A stretch of DNA of 64,000 nucleotides from an uncultured virus (IMG/VR IMGVR_UViG_3300042691_017862) (lineage: Duplodnaviria > Heunggongvirae > Uroviricota > Caudoviricetes). Location: IMG/VR virus record IMGVR_UViG_3300042691_017862; one strand, written 5' to 3'. The notes under the pieces are model-generated. The model worked only from the letters and a program-made list of their open reading frames with translations, ran no database searches and was not told the origin of the DNA. Of the stretch, positions 28,949 to 39,573 are shown piece by piece; positions within the stretch are counted from its first letter, which is position 1; the number at the start of each line of letters is the position of its first letter. The position numbers and the translations under genes are program-made.

Positions 28949-30487
28949 ATGGATAATACAGAAAAGCTTGTATTTGGTAAAGCGAATATCAAAGGTGTTG
29001 TAGGTCTTGAAGTAGCTGACGATATAGCAGAAGTCTTTGTACAAGATAAAGATGGTGGTATAACTTCTGTATTTGTGCCTAATAGATTCTGGATTCTTTC
29101 TAATAAAAATATCAACGGGAAGTTCGCGAAGCTTAAAGGTGATCTCCATTATAAATGGGGAACACAATTTAAGGATAGAGCAACTTGGTCAAAGTGTCGT
29201 GGTGCTTGGAAAAAGAGCGACGACATTTTCAGCGTGTGGAATGCAGAAGAGTCGCTAATGATGAAGGACGGTATTACCTTCTATCAAGACTTGAAACTCA
29301 AAGACGTATCACTTCTCAGTTGGGACATCGAGACTACAGGACTTGATGGTACAGCTTCCGACGCTAAAGTACTCCTCATCTCAACTACGTATAGAGATCA
29401 ACACAAACAAGTTAATAAACTGTTTTCATATGACGAATATGAAACAGAAGCTGATCTTCTAGACGCATTCTCAGAGTACATTCAAGAAACCAATCCTTCA
29501 TTAATTCTTGGACATAATATCTTCGCATTTGACTTTCCGTATATGCAAGCTAGAGCAGACGCTTCCGGTACGCAACTAGCGTGGGGCCGTGATGGTAGTG
29601 CGGTCGAGTTTGAAGACTATGAATCCAAGTTTCGCTTAGACGGAACTCGCGACTTACTATACAAGAAGGTACGAGTCTATGGACGAGAAATCTGTGACAC
29701 ATTCTTTCTAGCTAATTCTTACGATGTATCTAAGAGCATTGAGTCATACGCTTTGAAGCCTATGATCAAGCAATTAGGACTTGAGAAAGCTGGTCGTCAG
29801 TATTATGATGCTGGTGACATCAGAAAGAACTACAAGAATCCAGTTGAGTTTACCAAGATCAAACAGTACGCAGAAGATGACGCAGAAGATCCAGTGAAGT
29901 TATGGGATTTAATGGGACCATTGTATTTCAACATGGCGACGATGTTTCCAAAGCCTTTTACAGAGATCCTACTAAGTGCTAGTGGTGGTAAGATCAATGG
30001 AATGATGTGTCGAGCTTACCTACAAGATGGACATAGCCTACCAAAAGCAGATGAGAGACAAGATTACATGGGAGCACTCTCTTTTGCAGTGCCGGGAATC
30101 TATAGCAATTGTTTTAAGATTGACTTGGCAGCTCTGTATCCTTCCATCATGATTGAGTATGAAGTATTTGACGATACAAAAGATCCAAACGGATATTTGT
30201 TACAGTTTGTTAAGATTTTTAGAGCAAAGAGACTTGAGTACAAGAAGCTTGCTGCTGATACAGGAGAGGACTACTGGAGAGAGATGGATACAACAGCGAA
30301 GTCTATCCTAAACTCCTTCTACGGCTTCTGTGGAACCGGTGGACTTAACTTCAACTCTTTTAGTTGTGCAGATTTTATTACAGCTAAAGGTAGGGAGATT
30401 TTGGAGTATACCATTAAGTGGGCCTCAGGTAGACCATTGACAGACTTTGTGAAAGATGAGACAATGGATGAGGAGGAAAGCGCATGA
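28949..30487 (+). CDS. Family B DNA polymerase, N-terminal subunit (3'-5' exonuclease, motifs A and B)
   Basis: WDIETTG, GHNIFAFDFPY, YAEDDA, KIDLAALYPSIM, KSILNSFYG, ITAKGR; ends in acidic tail before motif C. Confidence 0.92.
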   Translation: MDNTEKLVFGKANIKGVVGLEVADDIAEVFVQDKDGGITSVFVPNRFWILSNKNINGKFAKLKGDLHYKWGTQFKDRATWSKCRGAWKKSDDIFSVWNAEESLMMKDGITFYQDLKLKDVSLLSWDIETTGLDGTASDAKVLLISTTYRDQHKQVNKLFSYDEYETEADLLDAFSEYIQETNPSLILGHNIFAFDFPYMQARADASGTQLAWGRDGSAVEFEDYESKFRLDGTRDLLYKKVRVYGREICDTFFLANSYDVSKSIESYALKPMIKQLGLEKAGRQYYDAGDIRKNYKNPVEFTKIKQYAEDDAEDPVKLWDLMGPLYFNMATMFPKPFTEILLSASGGKINGMMCRAYLQDGHSLPKADERQDYMGALSFAVPGIYSNCFKIDLAALYPSIMIEYEVFDDTKDPNGYLLQFVKIFRAKRLEYKKLAADTGEDYWREMDTTAKSILNSFYGFCGTGGLNFNSFSCADFITAKGREILEYTIKWASGRPLTDFVKDETMDEEESA

Positions 30488-30687
30488 AATTTCCAATTAT
30501 TATATATAAAATTGCAGAACCAAAAACTTGTTGGTGGTCTAATATAAGAAGAAAAAAGAGCAAAGAACATATCAGACAAAGGCAAGATATGTTATTTGGA
30601 ATTACAAGAAGTTACCATAGAAATGAACGAAAATATATCTATAGGTTAACTATTGGTAGATTTACAATAGGAATTATGTTTCAATGA
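30484..30687 (+). CDS. Small basic hypothetical protein inserted between the polymerase halves
   Basis: ATGA overlaps with both polymerase ORFs; AT-richer than flanks. Confidence 0.6.
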   Translation: MKFPIIIYKIAEPKTCWWSNIRRKKSKEHIRQRQDMLFGITRSYHRNERKYIYRLTIGRFTIGIMFQ

Positions 30688-31403
30688 ACAATCATAACTT
30701 CCGCATCGTTGGTGGAGATACAGACTCCATCATGTTCTGTAAACCAGATATGGCCCCGTTCTCAAAAGAAGAACAGGACAATCTTCTTCTTGAGATCAAT
30801 TCGCTTTTACCAAAAGAGATCAAGTTTGCCAACGATGGGATTTTTTCTAAAGTAGTTTACTTGAAACCCAAGAACTACATCATGATCGATGAAAAAGGTA
30901 AGAGAAAGATGAAGGGGTCATCCCTTAAGTCTTCTACTCTAGAACCTGCTCTTAAAGAAATGCTAGGAGAATTCATCGAGACACTTCTTAATGATCAACA
31001 AGAACTTCTACCAGCAATCTACGACAAGTATATCCAACGTGCTTTGAACATCACTGATATCAAACCTTGGACAACGAAGAAGACCTTATCCCCAACGACA
31101 TACAAGAGCGAGCGTAAGAATGAGACTGACATTGTAGACGCAGTGAGAGGCACCGAGTACAAGTCAGGAGATCGTGTATACTTGTATGCTAAGTCGGAAG
31201 TGATTGAATTAGACGCGTTCTATAAGTCAGGAGCCAAGAAGGGACAGAGGAAGACTAAGAAGGTCAAGGTATACGGACTACAGGAAAACTTCGATGGAGT
31301 TTACTGTAAACAAACATACGTAGACAAAGTTCTTGCAACTACAAAAAGATTTTCTACTGTAATAGATACATCAATATTTAAAAAATACGAAGTTAAAGAA
31401 TGA
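30684..31403 (+). CDS. Family B DNA polymerase, C-terminal subunit (motif C, thumb)
   Basis: [21 protein letters not shown]. Confidence 0.9.
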   Translation: MNNHNFRIVGGDTDSIMFCKPDMAPFSKEEQDNLLLEINSLLPKEIKFANDGIFSKVVYLKPKNYIMIDEKGKRKMKGSSLKSSTLEPALKEMLGEFIETLLNDQQELLPAIYDKYIQRALNITDIKPWTTKKTLSPTTYKSERKNETDIVDAVRGTEYKSGDRVYLYAKSEVIELDAFYKSGAKKGQRKTKKVKVYGLQENFDGVYCKQTYVDKVLATTKRFSTVIDTSIFKKYEVKE

Positions 31404-31909
31404 TAACACAAGAAGAACTTAAACAATTATTACATTATGATCCTAAAACTGGTATATTTAAGTGGATTAAAACTAGATGCCATTTAGCAAAAAAAGGAAA
31501 TATTGCTGGATATAAATCAAAAGCTGGTTATGTTCAAATAAGAATAAAAAAGAAATTATACTATTCACATAGGCTGGCATTTCTATACATGACAGGAACA
31601 ATCCCAGAATTTGTTGATCATATAGATAGAGATCCAACTAATAATAAATGGTCAAATTTAAGAAGATGTACATCAAATCAAAATAATAGAAATAGTAAAA
31701 TTTTTATAACAAATACTAGTAATTATCGAGGTGTATCTAGAATAAAAAATAGTAAGAAAAATCCTTGGTCCGCTCAAATACATGTAAATAATAAATCAAA
31801 ATATTTAGGATGTTTTTCAAATCAAGAAGATGCAGCGAGAGCATACGATAAAGCCGCTATTAAATATCATGGTGAATTTGCCACTCTTAATTTTCCCAAA
31901 GAATCTTGA
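31400..31909 (+). CDS. HNH-AP2 homing endonuclease
   Basis: [35 protein letters not shown]2 motif [29 protein letters not shown]. Confidence 0.9.
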   Translation: MITQEELKQLLHYDPKTGIFKWIKTRCHLAKKGNIAGYKSKAGYVQIRIKKKLYYSHRLAFLYMTGTIPEFVDHIDRDPTNNKWSNLRRCTSNQNNRNSKIFITNTSNYRGVSRIKNSKKNPWSAQIHVNNKSKYLGCFSNQEDAARAYDKAAIKYHGEFATLNFPKES

Positions 31910-31934
31910 CACCAGCATTTTTAAGAAGTATACT
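31906..31934 (+). promoter_or_regulatory. sigma70-type promoter
   Basis: TTGACA-17 bp-TATACT. Confidence 0.75.
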
Positions 31935-33397
31935 GTAAAAGAGGAATAGGAAATGTTAGCATTAAAATTTATCTTAATGGGTTTGTGTGGTTTATATTTT
32001 GGATATACAATTGCACAAGAAAAATACATAAAAGGACATACAGCGTGGAAAATGTATAATCAATGTTTAAATGCTGTCGGTAAAAAACAAGGAAAAACTG
32101 TTGAAAATTTTGTATTTTGTAATAACATAGTAAACGAGGAGTAGACTATGAAATACTTTTCTTTATTACCACCAATAGTTCTAATGTTAGTAAGTGGATA
32201 CAAATTAATTGAAATAAATAGATGTGATGAGATTAAAAAACCATTTAGAGAATACCAAGAAACCCAATTAAAAGCGAATGATAAATGTCTAGTATTTTTT
32301 GATAGACACGACGGATCTTATTCAAACTGTGTGCTACCACACATTACAAATTATACAAAATCAGTTGAACTAGAACAAAAAACACTTAAAGAATCTGGAT
32401 GTTCTTTAATATAGAGGAGTAGAATATGAGACAAAATGAAATCGATGAAAATATTAGAAGTTTTCTTAAACAATTAGATAAAGTTATTGAAGAAAAACAT
32501 CCAACAGATACAATACCCTATTTTCAAATTAAAGCACAGATATTACTTTCTTTGAAAGATGTTGTTCCATATGTAGATTACACAGACAAAAATGGAACAT
32601 GGGAATAATATGGCAACTTGGTTTTCACGATACGAATTAGTATACCTTAATCCAGACGGATCTTGGAGTCGTTGTTTAGCTGCTCATTGGGATGCGGAAC
32701 CTTTCCTATTAGATTTACAAACAGGAATTCTTGTGGAGATGGAAAGACGATGAACACATATAACAGCTATGCACACGAAATCATTTCAAAACTTGCACAA
32801 AAACAGGAGATGGTTCTTAATGATCAACTAAATGAGCTTATTTCGCGAGGTCTTATTGTAGTTGAGACTCTTCAACCTGTTATGACACAAAGATTTGATG
32901 AAATATCTAATTCGTATAAGGTTGAAGTTTCTGCCGCAGTTAGACTTGTACCAAAAGAGTTTGAGTATATCAAAAAACTAGAAGAAGAAAATAGGGAATT
33001 GAGAGAGACCATTAAGAAGATCAAGGAGTTTGTATGAGTAAAATCAAATACCCAAAAAAAGACGCTGTGAAAAAGATTCGTAAAAGCTTTAATAAATTAC
33101 GATCTAAAAAAAATACAAAACAACCTCTAACTAAACTAGACTACATCGATGTTATCAAACAAGATTTAGAACAACGATACTTTGATTCAATTGATGATAA
33201 CTTTGGTCCAGATTTAGAACTAGGAAAAGTTCTAATAGATATTACAAAGATTTCTATGAAATATCGCAAAGAGTTAATCAAGGAATTGACAAAGAAATGA
33301 AACAGTTTATAGTAGGTATTGTAGAATTTATACTTATTTATATTTTTGCTGGTACTTTTCTTTACGTTACTTTTAGTATTATAGATTGGATTAGTAA

Positions 33398-33658
33398 ATG
33401 ACCTATCGTCGTTGCCGTAACCCCCATCGTACCGACGGCCCCACTATGGAAGAAGTTATTACACACGCTATACAAAAGCTTGGATGGCCTCGTAAGAAAG
33501 TGATGAGTTGGTACATGAAGGAGAACCCAGCACTGAACCACTCCAGACCCCAAGAAAAAGTTGATAGAGGTCTTGGACAAGAGGTTATAGACTTGCTAAA
33601 TAAAAGGGAACGTGATAGAGTTAAAGAGGATAAGCGTAGAGAGGACAAGAAGAAATGA
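33398..33658 (+). CDS. Orphan Xre/MbcA/ParS (DUF2384)-like antitoxin toxin-binding domain protein
   Basis: KVMSWYMKENPALNHSRPQEKVDRGLGQEVIDLL fits the W...N..L....P.......G...V...L pattern. Confidence 0.55.
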   Translation: MTYRRCRNPHRTDGPTMEEVITHAIQKLGWPRKKVMSWYMKENPALNHSRPQEKVDRGLGQEVIDLLNKRERDRVKEDKRREDKKK

Positions 33659-35119
33659 GTATACAGGGATATCAATGCAAAAAAGATATCATAACAGATT
33701 GTCGATGCGATGAATGTCGTCCTTCTATTTTAACACAACTGTCTTCCGAACAATATGAACGTGTTACAAATCCAGAAGAGTACCTAAGAAAAAAGTTAGA
33801 ACATCTATATAATATAATAGAACTTTCAAAGAGTTGTATTAGTTTATACGATAAAGCATTTGAAGATACTGGAAATGACTACTCACATCTTCTAAGATTT
33901 CAAATGGCAACATCTTTGAAAGAAGAGATTGAAAGACTCGAGAAAAATAATGAAGATTAAGATAGGAAAAACAAACGAAGAACTTATGGAGCTATTTAAA
34001 TGGCACCCTTGGTTTGCTTGGTATCCTCTCATTGTAGACGGACATTTTGTATTGTTTAGTAAGGTTAATCGAAGACTTGTGAATATTGGATTTAGTCATC
34101 AACTATCATGGAAATACGAGATTATTTAATATGAAAAAACGTGAGCTAATAGTACTAGGAGTTGCTAGTAAGATTATCATTTCTTGTTGTGACTCCGGTG
34201 TATCCCCTGTTCCGTTTGATGCGGCCCAGACAATAGCGGAGGATGTTCTAAAATATCTAGAAGAAATTGGTACATTGAAATTGGAGCTTGAAGATGAAGA
34301 ATAAACTAAAACCATTGGATATTAAAATAGTAGACGCAACAAAATCGGATTCATTAGAAGTCACTCTCAATCCTTACCAGTTCTGGGTTTTAATTGGTAC
34401 TATTTTATTTGTTGGGGTATTAATATGGACATAAAATTTGAACAACGTACTGTAACTTCATATCCCGGATTACATTACGAAACAATTCAAGTACCTTTTT
34501 GGGCTAAGTCGATTCAAATTTCCACATCAGGTAAGTACAAGTTTATAATGGAAAATTCAGAGGGAAAGCATTTTAACACAGCAATCATTCCACCAAATGG
34601 TAGTGCAAGTTTGTACAAGAGCTATCTTCCAAGTGATGCCAAATTCATTTCATTTTTGAGTATGGAACCAAATCATTCTTTTGATATATATGTTGTATTT
34701 AATAATATAGGAGTTGAAAATGCGTAAACAAGAACGTGACCTTTGTGATAGTTTAGATGTCTTTGAAAAATGGGCTTCTCGTGGTCTTATCTCGGGACAA
34801 ATCAAAGAGAAGTACAATACTACAAGATGGTATGCTTATCTTAGTGGAGAATTTTCCTTACACAATATTTTTTATCCGGGACATTATTATAACAGATTTC
34901 CAAAGTGGCTTCGTAATCTAGATCGATATGTATTTATGCCAATTTTTAAATACACTGGTATTAACATTATAGTTAGAAAGTGGAAGTACTATTGCTATAC
35001 ACAAGCTTATAAAGAAGTCTTAACAAAGTACCCAGATGTCCAACATTGTATTAACTATACAGAGATCCTTGATCAGAATGTATTATCAGCGTATAGGAAA
35101 TATAGGGAAGAAAATAAAC

Positions 35120-35148
35120 TTGACATAGAAGATGAAGAGTAATAGACT
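35120..35148 (+). promoter_or_regulatory. sigma70-type promoter for the tRNA locus
   Basis: TTGACA-17 bp-TAGACT. Confidence 0.7.
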
Positions 35149-35176
35149 ATAAGAGTGTAATTGACACAAAGTTTTT

Positions 35177-35253
35177 TGGGAAGTAGCTCAGTTGGTAGTA
35201 GCAAATCGCTGTTAACGATTAGGTCGCGTGTTCGAGTCACGCCTTCCCAGCCA
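35177..35253 (+). tRNA. tRNA-Asn (GTT) with encoded CCA
   Basis: Acceptor TGGGAAG/CTTCCCA; anticodon arm AATCG-CTGTTAA-CGATT; T arm GCGTG-TTCGAGT-CACGC; 3' GCCA. Confidence 0.92.
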
Positions 35254-35257
35254 AAGT

Positions 35258-35401
35258 TTGAGAGCGGCGTTGGAAGCTGTTGGTATGTAAAACGCAGGCA
35301 AATAGCCGAAGCCAACTGGAGAAACGCACAACATTTAGTTGGAGGTTAGCACGTTTGATGTACACGAGTGCGCTATGTAGAAGTCGCGATCTACCTCTCA
35401 A
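35258..35401 (+). ncRNA. Enlarged tRNA-like structured RNA immediately 3' of tRNA-Asn
   Basis: 7-bp closing stem TTGAGAG/CTCTCAA stacked on GTAGA-AGTCGCGA-TCTAC; internal GTTGG/CCAAC, GCTGTT/AATAGC and TAGC/GCTA stems. Confidence 0.6.
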
Positions 35402-35410
35402 TATTATTTT

Positions 35411-36352
35411 ATGAAAGTATATCGCAAAGGAACAGAACTAATATACAGACACTTCAACTTTGTATTACATCAAGGCGGTCTCGGAGACCTCATCGCTGGA
35501 CTTCCCGCTATTAAATTTGTTCTAGATTTTCACAAAAACATTATCATCAATTTATATTGTCATGATTATGCTGTAGACCTTTGTACAGTAGTATTTCAAG
35601 AGTATAAGAACATTACCATAAGAGGTATGTCTTCGTATGACAAGACAGTAAACGAAAGTTTACCGGCTAGATCTCCATACGTACATAAGATTTCCAATCT
35701 ATCAATGAATATGGTTGATCAAGCTTTTTTATCAATGGTTGGAACTATCCCAGAAGATAAATACAAAAGCTACCTTAAACTAGATCCAATTGACGTAAGC
35801 CATTTCAACCTACCAGAAAAGTATGCTGTTGTAACGACTGGCTTCACTAGCGAGACACGCGAGTGGCTTCCTCAATCTGTTAACGAAGTCAGTGACTATC
35901 TTGTCGCACAAGGAATCACACCGGTCTACATCGGAAAAAGCTACACAAAAGCATACAAAGATACTGGCATCACTGGAAACTTCAAAGCGGATTATACAAA
36001 AGGAATCAATCTAATAGATAAGACGAATCTATTTGAAGCCCATTCTATTATGAACGATGCTGTGGTGACTCTGGGACTTGACAACGGGCTTATGCATCTA
36101 CATAGCATGGGAACAGGAGAAGCTATCTGGGGATTCACAACGGTAAGACCAGAACATAGACTACCACCTAATACAAATCATCTAGTTGTAGCTCCGACAT
36201 CGGAAGAATTATCTTGTATCTTCTGTCAAAGTAACATGACATTTGCTACGGGTGAAGTTTGTTTTACTAAATGTTTCTATAAAGACTACAAGTGCTTAGA
36301 ACTTATGACAAGCGATAAATGGATTGCAAAGTTGAAGGAGTTGGGAATATGA
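35411..36352 (+). CDS. Glycosyltransferase family 9 (heptosyltransferase-like)
   Basis: GGLGDLIAGLP, REW, NLIDKTNL, LGLDNGLMHL; Cys-rich C-terminal CIFC...CFTKC...CL. Confidence 0.8.
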   Translation: MKVYRKGTELIYRHFNFVLHQGGLGDLIAGLPAIKFVLDFHKNIIINLYCHDYAVDLCTVVFQEYKNITIRGMSSYDKTVNESLPARSPYVHKISNLSMNMVDQAFLSMVGTIPEDKYKSYLKLDPIDVSHFNLPEKYAVVTTGFTSETREWLPQSVNEVSDYLVAQGITPVYIGKSYTKAYKDTGITGNFKADYTKGINLIDKTNLFEAHSIMNDAVVTLGLDNGLMHLHSMGTGEAIWGFTTVRPEHRLPPNTNHLVVAPTSEELSCIFCQSNMTFATGEVCFTKCFYKDYKCLELMTSDKWIAKLKELGI

Positions 36353-37002
36353 AAATATATGGACCAGATTCAGATTTTGATAAAGTAATGGAAAGCGTAA
36401 CGAAAATGGTTAAAGAACGAGAAATTTATATGAATTACGATCAAACTTGGGGACAAAACACCGGAGAAGAAACTCGCAAGTCTTGGAAAGATAAATACTG
36501 GTCGGGATTCTTTGAAAAGTATATGAGTGGAAATGGACTTGACATTGGATACGCTGGATATATAAAAGATGTTCATCCTGTTTTACCAGCAGCAACTGGT
36601 ATTGATCTCAGTTATCCCGGATACGACGGACGTATCCTTCCATTTCCAGATGAGTCACAGGACTATGTATACTCTTCCCACTTCTTAGAGCACGTAACTG
36701 ACTATAAGAACGCAATACAAGAACAGTTTCGCGTTACTAATAAAGGTGGACACATCATTATCGTTGTGCCACATAGAGATTTGTACGAGAAGAAGACAGC
36801 ACTTCCTTCTAGATGGAACGCAGATCACAAACGCTTCTATACCTCAAGTTCTTTGCTCAAAGAAATAGAAGATAGTCTTCCTATTAACTCATATAGAATT
36901 CGACACCTATTAGAAAATGATACTGGACATGATTATAATGATGGACCAGATGTTCACGGACGTTGGAACTATGAGATTGAAGTAGTACTGGAGAAACTAT
37001 GA
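36349..37002 (+). CDS. Class I SAM-dependent methyltransferase
   Basis: GLDIGYAG, LPFPDESQDYVYSSHFLEHV, RVTNKGGHIIIVVP; start could be 36349 or 36430. Confidence 0.85.
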   Translation: MKIYGPDSDFDKVMESVTKMVKEREIYMNYDQTWGQNTGEETRKSWKDKYWSGFFEKYMSGNGLDIGYAGYIKDVHPVLPAATGIDLSYPGYDGRILPFPDESQDYVYSSHFLEHVTDYKNAIQEQFRVTNKGGHIIIVVPHRDLYEKKTALPSRWNADHKRFYTSSSLLKEIEDSLPINSYRIRHLLENDTGHDYNDGPDVHGRWNYEIEVVLEKL

Positions 37003-37047
37003 TGGATGTTCTAATTGTATATATTACGATAGCTATATATTTTTACA

Positions 37048-37076
37048 TTGACTTATCTATGATGATGTCTTAAACT
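37048..37076 (+). promoter_or_regulatory. sigma70-type promoter
   Basis: TTGACT-17 bp-TAAACT. Confidence 0.65.
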
Positions 37077-37501
37077 AATTAGGAGGTAATCTATGTGCCA
37101 AATCTGCACCCTATTAGAAAATACATGGCCCGGTCCTAAAAATCTTGTACGAGCTATCTACGAACTATCTCCATCTGGAGAACACATTGAAGAGATCATC
37201 GACAATGTTTCTAGAGGACTTGACGAAGAAGAACGTGCGAATCTTGCGACCGAATTATTAAAAGAAGCTTTAAGGATGAGTCCATGAGAACAGTATTTCC
37301 AAATAGAATAACTTCACCTACTCGCGAGGTTAAAAAGGGAGAATCGGTATATCTTAGGAAAAATGAAATAACTCTTGCTACAGGTACATCAAGATTGGAA
37401 ATTCTTATAAATCGCTGGGAAGAGCAATCTGCTTTTGATATAGATGCGAGAAACAGAAGAATAAAAAATGGAACATTTCAAGAATTTAGAGGTAAAAAAT
37501 A

Positions 37502-38461
37502 ATGGGACAATTTACACATTTACAATCAACCGATCTTTCTAAACTTGGTCCTGATTCTATTATCCCAGAATCCGACTACTCGGTAATGGGACCAGACGGA
37601 ATGTTCCATCAGTTCAAATACAAAAATGATGAGAAACAAAGACATACGTACAAAGTCAATCCCGGAACTTGGAAGATCACCAAGTCAATGCAAGGATATA
37701 ACCTAGAACCAACTTCATTTGTAAAAGACTCTATCCTAGAAGAGTTTGTAAATACAAAAAAGATTGAAGATGTTGTATCGTGTTTCTTTAATAACCTACA
37801 TCTATACAAAGAGTTTGGTATTGAGATTCCTAAACGTGGTGTCCTACTATATGGCCCTGCTGGTACAGGTAAGTCTACCGCAATCTCTAAATGTATCGAA
37901 GAATACTCCAAGGACGAAAAGACTGCCATCATTGTTTGGCACTCTGCTAAAATGGAAGCGTATGAAGTTAAAGACTTTATTTCAACGTTTGAATATATTG
38001 GTGTTGAAAAAATCATCTTAGTCATTGAAGACCTTGGTGGTATTGAGAATGAGAACACTCGTATTGCTTCTGATCAATCTCTACTATCCCTTTTAGATAA
38101 TCAGGAAAAGACTTTCACTCTTCCTATCATGATCATTGCAACAACAAACTTCCCAGAAAACTTTGCATCCAATCTTACAAACAGAGCGGGACGTTTCGAT
38201 GACAAGATCGAAGTGGGCTATCCAGATGCTGACGCAAGGAAGGCTCTACTTACTTTCTTTGCTAAAGAATACGCAACACAAGAAGCACTAGACTTTGTAG
38301 CTAGTACAAAATGTCAAAGACTTCCTCCTTCTCAACTTCGAGAATCCTATATTCGTTGTAGACTTCAATCTAAAACTCTAATCCAATCATTGAAAGAAAT
38401 GGTAGGAGAAGCTGAGTTATATGATAAGGCATTCTCAAAAAGATCGGGCGTGGGTTTCTAA
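37502..38461 (+). CDS. AAA+ ATPase (classical clade)
   Basis: GVLLYGPAGTGKST, LVIEDL, IATTNFPE, RAGRFDDKIEVGYPD. Confidence 0.9.
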   Translation: MGQFTHLQSTDLSKLGPDSIIPESDYSVMGPDGMFHQFKYKNDEKQRHTYKVNPGTWKITKSMQGYNLEPTSFVKDSILEEFVNTKKIEDVVSCFFNNLHLYKEFGIEIPKRGVLLYGPAGTGKSTAISKCIEEYSKDEKTAIIVWHSAKMEAYEVKDFISTFEYIGVEKIILVIEDLGGIENENTRIASDQSLLSLLDNQEKTFTLPIMIIATTNFPENFASNLTNRAGRFDDKIEVGYPDADARKALLTFFAKEYATQEALDFVASTKCQRLPPSQLRESYIRCRLQSKTLIQSLKEMVGEAELYDKAFSKRSGVGF

Positions 38462-39048
38462 TGAAAGATCGTTGGAAGGATTTATGCTGTCCGCTCTTAA
38501 ATCTTAAGAGTGGCAAAATTGAATCATTAGCAACTGATTTTTATTTTATGTATGCTGATAGATTACAAATAGATGGTAAAGAACATTTAGTAAATCTTTA
38601 TAGCCATAAATTAATAGACGACGGGACAGAAGAAGATGAAGGTCTTTAGATTAAGCGGACTCGATTACAAGCTAGAACCCGGAAAAGTTCTTACTAATCA
38701 AAGCGAGTATGTATTAGTAAATGATAAAGATCTATTGGAGAAAAAAATTGGTAAGCTATATGGTAGGTCTACTAGCAAAAGTCAACTGGAAGAAATGTTA
38801 AGGGAATTACATGGTATCGACGACTTCTTTGCAGGATCATAAGAATAAGAAGATCTACGAAAAAGTCATTCGTGATCTAAAAGCTGTGTTACAAATCTTG
38901 ACATTGGCTCAAAAAGGACTTACACTATTTAAGAACTATGTAGCAGTTCAGGAAATCATCTCAGTGATTAATACCAATGTTACTTTGATGGATTTAAAAA
39001 TTACAGACTATGAGAAAAAGTTAAAAGCGATTGTAGATAAAAAATAAT

Positions 39049-39573
39049 ATGCCAGTACGGGACGATGAAATATTACGACTTACGAAGTATGCACAAGGAC
39101 TTGGCCTCAAGGTTAAGTTCCTTACTCGTTCCCGTAAATCTCCCGCCGCTGAATGGACACTAGATGGTACAGAGATTACTGTATATACAAATAGTAGTAC
39201 TACAAAGATTGATATCATTCTATCATTAATACACGAACTTGGTCATCATGTCTGGTTCATCCACGAAAAGAATAGACAGCCCGATCTTAAATTCGAAGAG
39301 GCTATCGAGCGACAAAACTTACATGAGAGTGAGCTATCAGATACACCAGCACCTAAAGCATTACGTAAAAAGATACTAAACACCGAAATAGCAGGAACCC
39401 AATGGTGGGATGTTATTTATCGAGATACTAATTGTAAATTTCCAAAATGGCGACTTGAGGCAAATAAAGAGTTTGACATCTGGGTTTACAACGTATATTA
39501 TTTAACTGGACACTTTCCTTCTAAAAAAGAGGGAAGAGCAAAGTTTAAGGAAATTAAAAGGAAATATAAATGA
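39049..39573 (+). CDS. HEXXH metallopeptidase-like (ImmA/IrrE-type) protein
   Basis: SLIHELGHH. Confidence 0.6.
   Translation: MPVRDDEILRLTKYAQGLGLKVKFLTRSRKSPAAEWTLDGTEITVYTNSSTTKIDIILSLIHELGHHVWFIHEKNRQPDLKFEEAIERQNLHESELSDTPAPKALRKKILNTEIAGTQWWDVIYRDTNCKFPKWRLEANKEFDIWVYNVYYLTGHFPSKKEGRAKFKEIKRKYK

Noticed and set aside
30488..30683. Group I intron or intein in the polymerase
   Set aside because: Only ~200 AT-rich nt with no recognisable P/Q/R/S core or intein termini; it is filled by an ORF coupled at both ends
35254..35330. HDV-like (theta) ribozyme at the tRNA 3' end
   Set aside because: No nested double-pseudoknot P1/P3/L3 pattern could be built by eye
35073..35349. ORFs 35161..35349 (+) and 35073..35315 (-)
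   Set aside because: They overlap tRNA-Asn and the adjacent structured RNA
37502..38461. AAA+ ATPase as the phage's own sigma54 activator
   Set aside because: It has no GAFTGA loop or bEBP-type GESGTGKE Walker A; its motifs are those of classical FtsH/CDC48-like AAA proteins
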